From positions 1,302,001-1,366,000 of the forward strand of contig JBLDXI010000029.1 in assembly GCA_047495785.1 (NCBI GenBank): a DNA stretch of 64,000 nt, given 5' to 3'. The notes beneath the pieces are model-generated. The model saw only the letters and a program-made list of their open reading frames with translations. It searched no databases and was not told the DNA's origin. Source of the stretch: Lepidodermella squamata. Its lineage: Eukaryota; Animalia; Gastrotricha. Shown here piece after piece: positions 57,324-64,000 of this stretch. The translations under genes were made by a program, and so were the position numbers. How positions within the stretch are numbered: position 1 is the stretch's first letter; the number at the start of each line of letters is the position of its first letter.

Positions 57324-58793
57324 ATGTCGCAAACGACTTTGCCACGCCAGAATTTCCACCAAGAATCCGAAGCGGCCATCAATCGCCAAATCAACCTCGA
57401 ACTTTACGCCTCGTATGTCTACATGTCGATGGCGAATCATTTCGACCGCGATGACGTTGCGTAAGTTGCCGTTATTTTGTTAACATTCCCCCAAAATTTC
57501 CCCCTATGGGCGCGATTTTTCGAATTTGGTTTCTAATGAGCTGGAAAATAGCGTTGAAAAAACCGAAAATAGATACCCAACTTCATAGATTTTCTAGCGA
57601 GAATTACTGGAATGAAAATCTGCTTCATAATGAAAGAATCAGAGTCAAGGAAAGAGAGAAATGGGTGGAAGAGAGTTGAAGAATTTCGATAATTATAATA
57701 AAATTATCAATACCTATCCACGTAAAAGATTTTGTATTTTAAAATCGGCAATAATTTCTATGAATTTTCCCTGCGATTTGAAAAATGCAGGGCTAGCTGG
57801 ATTAACCCATCTATCGTTAAGCTATCTGTAGAATTTGAATTAAATTTATCTGCTAGCGGAAGCAAAATGCCCCTCGCGGAACTTAACTCGAAATGTTCCA
57901 AAATCCAAAAGTCATTCTTGAATAATTTTAAAAATTTCTGGCGAAGCATGAGTTGTGGATTGAACCCTCTGTCTTATAGGGAATGTTACGCTGAATTTAC
58001 TGGTGAATTTTTCTAATTATTTTGGTCACTCTTGACCCATAATAAAGTTCCGAATTTCGGGCCAATAGAAAATTCCAAAATTTGGTTCCGCCACGGCAAA
58101 TTATGTTACGCTTACCGTAAACTTGGATCCGCTAAAAGGAGGACCCAATTGAATTTAATAAAATGTTCAAATTCTCCATAAAATCGAGGGTCCCAGTGAG
58201 TCAGAGTACAGAAGTGGAATGTCACGAAACCGAGTTGAAAGTTGAAAAATCCCTAGAAAAACCTGAAGTGAAAATTCAACTTCAAGTTTTGAAGTTGACT
58301 TCAAAACTTTCACTTCAAAATCTTCGTTTTTATAACAAGAATGAATATTCCACATGTCTCACATTTTTAAGACGATTTCTGAAGTTAAAATTGGTTATTT
58401 TTTTCTAGTCTGCCCGGATTCAGCAACTTTTTCAAGAAAATGTCCGACGAAGAGCGCGAACACGCCGAGTTGTTGATGAAGTACCAGAACAAGCGCGGCG
58501 GCCGTGTTGTCCTGCAGCCCGTGCCGAAGCCGGAGAAGGACGAGTGGGGAAGCGGCCTGAACGCCATTGAAACGGCGCTGACGCTCGAGAAGAACGTCAA
58601 CCAATCACTGCTGGAGCTGCACGCGGTCGGCGATCGCCACAACGACGTGCAGATGTGCGACTTTTTGGAGGGCGAATTCTTGAAGGAACAGGTCGACTCG
58701 ATCAAGCAACTGTCGGACTACGTCGCCATTCTGAAGCGCGTCGGCCCTGGCCTTGGCGAGTACATGTTCGACAAGGAGACGCTGTCTGCTTGA
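57324..58793 (+). CDS. Ferritin, H-type (2 exons: 57324-57460, 58409-58793)
   Basis: Exon 1 [33 protein letters not shown]...DDV; phase-2 GT-AG intron 57461-58408; exon 2 LPGFSNFF...EEREHAE...DKETLSA*. Confidence 0.95.
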
Positions 58794-59650
58794 ATTTGGC
58801 ATCGAAAAACCGGAACCAGTATATAATTATTTCACAAGTCGTTTCAATTGCTGACAGAAAAACATTTGAAGGAAAAACCAGAGAACAGTTCTTTCTTGAT
58901 TATGCGATGTTTTGAAGGAATTTATTATTATTTTTGAGGGTTATTAAGGCTCCATTTTAGCTAGCTCAATGCTGTTGTACTACAGTACTGAAAGAGCTTC
59001 CTATTGCTGCTAATTCGTGTCTAGACATGGAAAGTGCAACTTTTAGCTAGAATTCTGATTGTTCCTCTGTGTCTTTTATCGATTTCGGCCAACAATAATT
59101 GACGAATAAAGACTTGATAGCTGGTTATTATTCTGGGTGCTTCTTCTCCTATGGGAATTAGCCTAACTGGGTGACCACAGGAAGCAGCTGAAAATTGCTA
59201 GCTGAACGCAATATCAAGCTCATTTTTAACTTGCAATCGTCATCATTCGTGGATAACTGATCTTGAGAAGAAATTTTTCTATCTCCAAAGGGATCGCACT
59301 TCAGTCAACTGAAATTGATCGGTTGACGTTGACAAAGTTTGACCTGGCCTGAAGTTTCCAACAGACGTGGAATTTGAAATGAAAGACTGAATTTGCAGGT
59401 GCTGAATTTTAATAATAATTCACATAAGATTTGCAGGCTGCAATTTAAGCGTTGAAGCAATCCTATTGTTAGGAGGTTATTCTTGGTATAAATTAAATTT
59501 TGGCATGGCTGCAATTGCGAATCACGATGGTGTACCTAGAGAAAGCCATAAAAAGTCGCAACTAAGCAAGTTGTATGCATGAAATTCAATTCTTCCTTGA
59601 TTAATTGGGCATCGGTTGTTTCGCTGGTTCTCTGGTAGGTTCTTCGTGGT

Positions 59651-62600
59651 TTATTCGTCACCGATGTAGCAATAGTTTAACACTTCGCTTTGGAGCCAGT
59701 AAGGATCGGCGATAATGTCGTCGCCGGTGTGTTCTGATGCCACGAAAACAATCGTCAAGGTTAGCGGGATTTCTCTGTTCCTTTTCCTCGGGACTTTTCC
59801 TGCCTTCAAGTCCTCGGCCAACTGCTTAATCACCTCACCAACCTCTTCCTTCAGCTCAACTGGAACGCCAACCATCAGTTCGCGGCTTTTAATTTCCTCG
59901 GGCTTCACTTCTGCTAAGTACCCGGTCTTCGTGTCCCAAGTTTTGTAGCCACAGTATCGCAGCAGCTCTCGCAAATAATCTAGCAAGTATTTTCTTATTG
60001 AAGAAAAGTCTCCCCTTTCGGCTGGAATATTGTCGGTTTGCATCAGCTTCGCACTGATTACGTGACCGCTACCTCGAATAATAACGTCAATCCCAGGGTA
60101 AAGATCTGGCGTTTCTTCAAGTCCGATTTTCTCGATTTCCTGCACGTTATATATGCCATATCGTGACATGATCAACGGCAAAACGACTTTCTCGAATCCG
60201 AGACCCTTCACGTTACGATAATCCCTTACACTTCCCCCTCCGACAGGTATGCGACCCTTCCCCCATTGAAGCCAACTCAGCCCATACCAAACAACGAAGG
60301 CAATCTGAACACCGGCGGATCGGATAGACTCAGCTATTTTCGCAAGGCCCGGATTGGGAATAGCCACGGGAGCAGGATGGGGAGGCTTTGTTTGAGATGG
60401 CTTCGGATCGTGATTCGGCTTAGCTTGGCTTGAATAAGTCAATGGGTGAACATTATCTGATGTAATTTCGCAGGGCGGTAGATCTGTTTTGGAAACTTTT
60501 GGATTGAGTGATACGCCTCCGTAAGCTATTCTCCTGGCGTCTGGCCTGTCCTCGATTTCACTTTGCTCGATAACAGCTGGCACCCATGGACTAGCTTCCA
60601 CAGCATTCCGGCCAGCAACCGCCGAAGCGTGGATTGCCTTCATTCGATCGAAGGTTGAGCGAAAGTTGTTCAAATCGGTCAGATATTCCCACCTAGATTC
60701 CAGAAATTTTCCATATGAGTAAAGCAAGTCGAGAGCTGTGAATAATTTGGTAAGCTCTTTCAAGCGTTTAAATTCAGGGAACCATTCAGCGATTTTGTCG
60801 TAATTTTGAGTCAGATCGCGACAAAATTCCTTCTCGGCTTTGAAAGGATCCTCCTCGCCATCTTCGCCATTGATAAGAGCGAATTCGTCGGTCCCATCTC
60901 TTACATGCCCATCGGCATTGAAAATCATAGGCTTGAAACGCACGGACATTTTCACATGATCGTCGAACGAATAAGTGATCCAATTGTCATCTTCGCGCAC
61001 GTCATAGCGAATCTCATCGGCTTCGATCCACATCCGCAGAGGCCTGTATCCACCTCGTTCAGAAACACTTCGCAAGATACCGTCTGTCTTCGAACTAAAA
61101 AAATCGGGCAGGTCCTTCAAGAATCCTTGCCTCGCGGAACGAACGTGGAACGGTTCTTTCGCGCTGATCTCAACACCCATTAACAGCTGTTTCAACAGGT
61201 AATCAGTGTGAAACAGGGTTGTGAAAATCAGCGAGTCCGATAGTTCGGCCGGGTTGAATCTGCAGTTTTGAAACGGATGCAGCGGCATCTTGTCATGCGG
61301 CGGGTCTAAGCTGAAGAAAACCACATGTCGCTTTTCGATCCCCAGCGAAAATACTCTAACGACATCTTCCCAGGCTACCAGGCCAATCCTCGCCTGTTCT
61401 GAGCTAAACAATTTACTGAAAAATCCAGGTGGTTTGTATTCGTTGGCCAGAAGTTGGACTGCGCCCGTCTGCTTGTTGATCCTGACGCCTGAGATAGTCG
61501 TGAGGCCAGCGCAGTTGAGCGGTCCAAGTAGTTGTTTGTTGTTAACCAACCATCCTTCCGGGTCCCTCTGAACAAGCGGGGATCTCATGAAGTGACTTAC
61601 ATGGTCGAACGTCATGCGACCATGATCATACAGAAAAGCCGACATGGCACTCTTCCGGCAGGCGACAACGGTCGGTAAAGCATGGCTCTTTGCGTCAAAT
61701 AACTCTTTCTCGTAAAGCATCAAGTTCAGCATTGGTTTGTAGTTTTCACCCAAGATTGCAGAGGCGCCTGGTAATATTATTAAACAGTCATTTTCACTTT
61801 AACTTTACGATGTGCTATGAATCTAACATACCTTCTCCGGCACGCTCGAGTTTCTTTAAAAACTCAGACTGCAATCGATCCATCAGGAGCTTAAGGCCAA
61901 TAGCATCGGCCACGCTCACCAAAGGAGGAAGAAGACTTGGCGTGTATGGGACGTAGAACATAGCAGCTTCGAAGTAATTCTTAGCTTTCTCAGCTATCTT
62001 GTTGTAGCCCAAAAGCTGACCAGCTTTCTCGACGATAATCGAGCACCATCGCGCGGTGTAGTACCTGATCGGAGTGATATTTGTTATCATATAAGACACA
62101 CCAATTGCTCCATCAAGCAGTTCAAACAACAATTTCAGTTTCGCAAATATCACTGCCTTGTCAATTTTTCCACTGTCATTTTCGATAGCCTTAACGAGCC
62201 ACACTGCCGCGTTGAGTTGGCAAAGGATATACTCAACTTGGTGATTGCATAGACTGATAAGGTCAATGTAGCTCAGGGCAACATCAATTGCGGTCCAGCG
62301 TTGCTTGGCTAAATTTCGGCGTACGGCTTGTTCGAACTTCCTTATCGGCCTGACATGTGGCAGCAACTGCCGCAGCGATCGCCACTCTTTCTTCAACCCA
62401 GGAGGTTGAACATCATCAGAATTTTTGAATAATTGAAGATGCTCCATTGCGAAGCCATATCGAAGCAGCTGTGCGCGAACTTTGAAGTTCATTAGCTGGG
62501 CTATGCAAATTTCAGCCAACTTTTGGCCCTGCATTTCTAGTGGAGCAGACCAAAAAGCATCTTCAATCAAAGTAAGGCCTTCAGCCAAGTTTGCATCGTG

Positions 62601-64000
62601 CGTTTTGACCTCGTTGGTTTTCAGGTGTAGAATTCCTTGTACGAGACTGAAGACCGGCTTTGATTTTATTTTTTGGAAATCGTCGTCTGCCTCTAACATT
62701 TCGACAGCCGCTTTAAAGACATTTCGCTCGCAATTTATAGCTAGATTAGTGGCAACCTGAACGTAGCCCCTCGAACAGTGGGTTCTGAGCTCTGAGACTA
62801 GTTGGTCGAACTGCTGCTCGCGTTTTATGGCACTCACCTGGCTTGTGAGAAAAATGTGGGCTTGTTCAACCATCTCGCTTAGCAAAGGAGAACTCGAGTC
62901 CAGGAACCCGAAATTGTGAAGCGATTTGCGGACTCGCAGCAGGAACTCAACAGCGTCGATCGATTTATCATTTTCATTTGCCATGCTGAGCGCTAGTCGT
63001 CCAGCGAGAATAAATGACTCTAGCTTGTTCCGTAATTCCGACCCACGCGGGCCAAACTTGTGCTGCAGTTTGCGGGCGAATCGTGTTCGGCTTTCGGCTG
63101 AACCTCCTAACTTTGCTATTTCAAATAGCCGAGCAGGATTTACAGCCACCCCTGAGAGCGATGTGTAAACTGCTAAGCAGCGCACAGCTGCAGCGGCATT
63201 TTTCAGCTCCATCATCCTCTCCGCGAGAGCAGCCCAAGTCGCAGGCTCCTTTTCCTTTCTGAACGTTACGATTTTGTTGACGCACGATTTGCACATGGGA
63301 TCGGCTTGTCCTGGGTCGTCCGTCAAGAGATAAGACGAGCAACAGCTCCATTGCGAACACGCATAGCAAGCTGAAATACAGCCGTAGCAGACCTCCTGTT
63401 TACCACAGCCGATACACTTTGGCACGAAACCAGGGCAATAAGGTTTTTTGCATTTTCTACAGGTCTTCAGGCAGCTTTCGCACGTAATCTTCTGACACCG
63501 CGAACAGTTCGTTGAGCTGCAAGAGGATTGCCCTAATCCAAATGAGGTGAAAAGACAAAGTTCTTTACGGCACGTGCCACATTCAGTTATGCAATTGCTA
63601 CAGTAACTGAGCCGACAAGTTGTGCAGCTCTCCTTGAAGACATTGCATGAAGTGCAGAAGGCTGACTTGCAGCTGTAGCAGACACGCAGGCATTTAGTCC
63701 TGCAAATGCATCCGCCACATTGTTGGCATGTTGTGAACGAGTCGCTGGTATCGGTATCGAACAGCTGTGAGATGAACGACGGGGTCTCTGCGCAAATTTT
63801 GCATTTAACTTGATCAGATTTTCTAAAACCGTGATGTTTAGGCGGATTGTTGACAATCGGTTTCGACGGCCGTTGTTGACGGCTGGTTGATGCAGGCTCC
63901 GGACTGCTCGGATTGTTGACATTTCCCGGATTTTCTAGGTACACCCTCCTGCCATTTGCGAGCTCTTTCTCAAGAATGGACTGGTCCAGTTGGAAGAAAT
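59651..64000 (-). CDS. Large protein (over 1400 aa, 5'-incomplete): Cys-rich CxxC array, helical region, DUF1598-like domain, Pro linker, C-terminal PD-(D/E)XK nuclease-like domain
   Basis: ORFs 61815..63944 and 59651..61753 join in frame via a 64-bp phase-1 GT-AG intron (61831-61768); frame stays open to the window end; domain calls by motif recall. Confidence 0.8.

Noticed and set aside
1-64000. Prokaryotic features (CRISPR array, rRNA, bacterial operons)
   Set aside because: None seen; spliceosomal introns and polyA signals show the window is eukaryotic.

Overview
Eukaryotic DNA from an invertebrate animal with a compact genome (most GT-AG introns are about 45-65 bp); the species cannot be determined from the sequence. 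About 38 kb (2901-40693) is a dense array of about 42 small, almost all intronless genes for secreted peptide precursors. They have signal peptides, dibasic sites and nearly Cys-free mature regions. They form three co-oriented blocks (+8, -17, +17) and fall into position-clustered motif families (WF[GA]R[AS]P, PAQxFR, KR-x-GAFGxFG). A tandem pair of very divergent, probably N-acylated globin-like genes interrupts the array. Left flank: two NPC2/ML-domain genes and tRNA-Gln(CTG). Right flank: a hydroxylysine-kinase-like gene, a clan-3 cytochrome P450 and a transposon-rich zone (MITEs, a Helitron-like relic, a degenerate CMC/Transib/RAG1-like transposase, a Ginger-like element with 4-bp TSD, a LINE 3' fragment). 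Then come two head-to-head ferritins and a large gene, running off the window, whose C-terminus resembles a bacterial CDI-toxin PD-(D/E)XK DNase. Family assignments come from motif recognition by eye; no searches were run.
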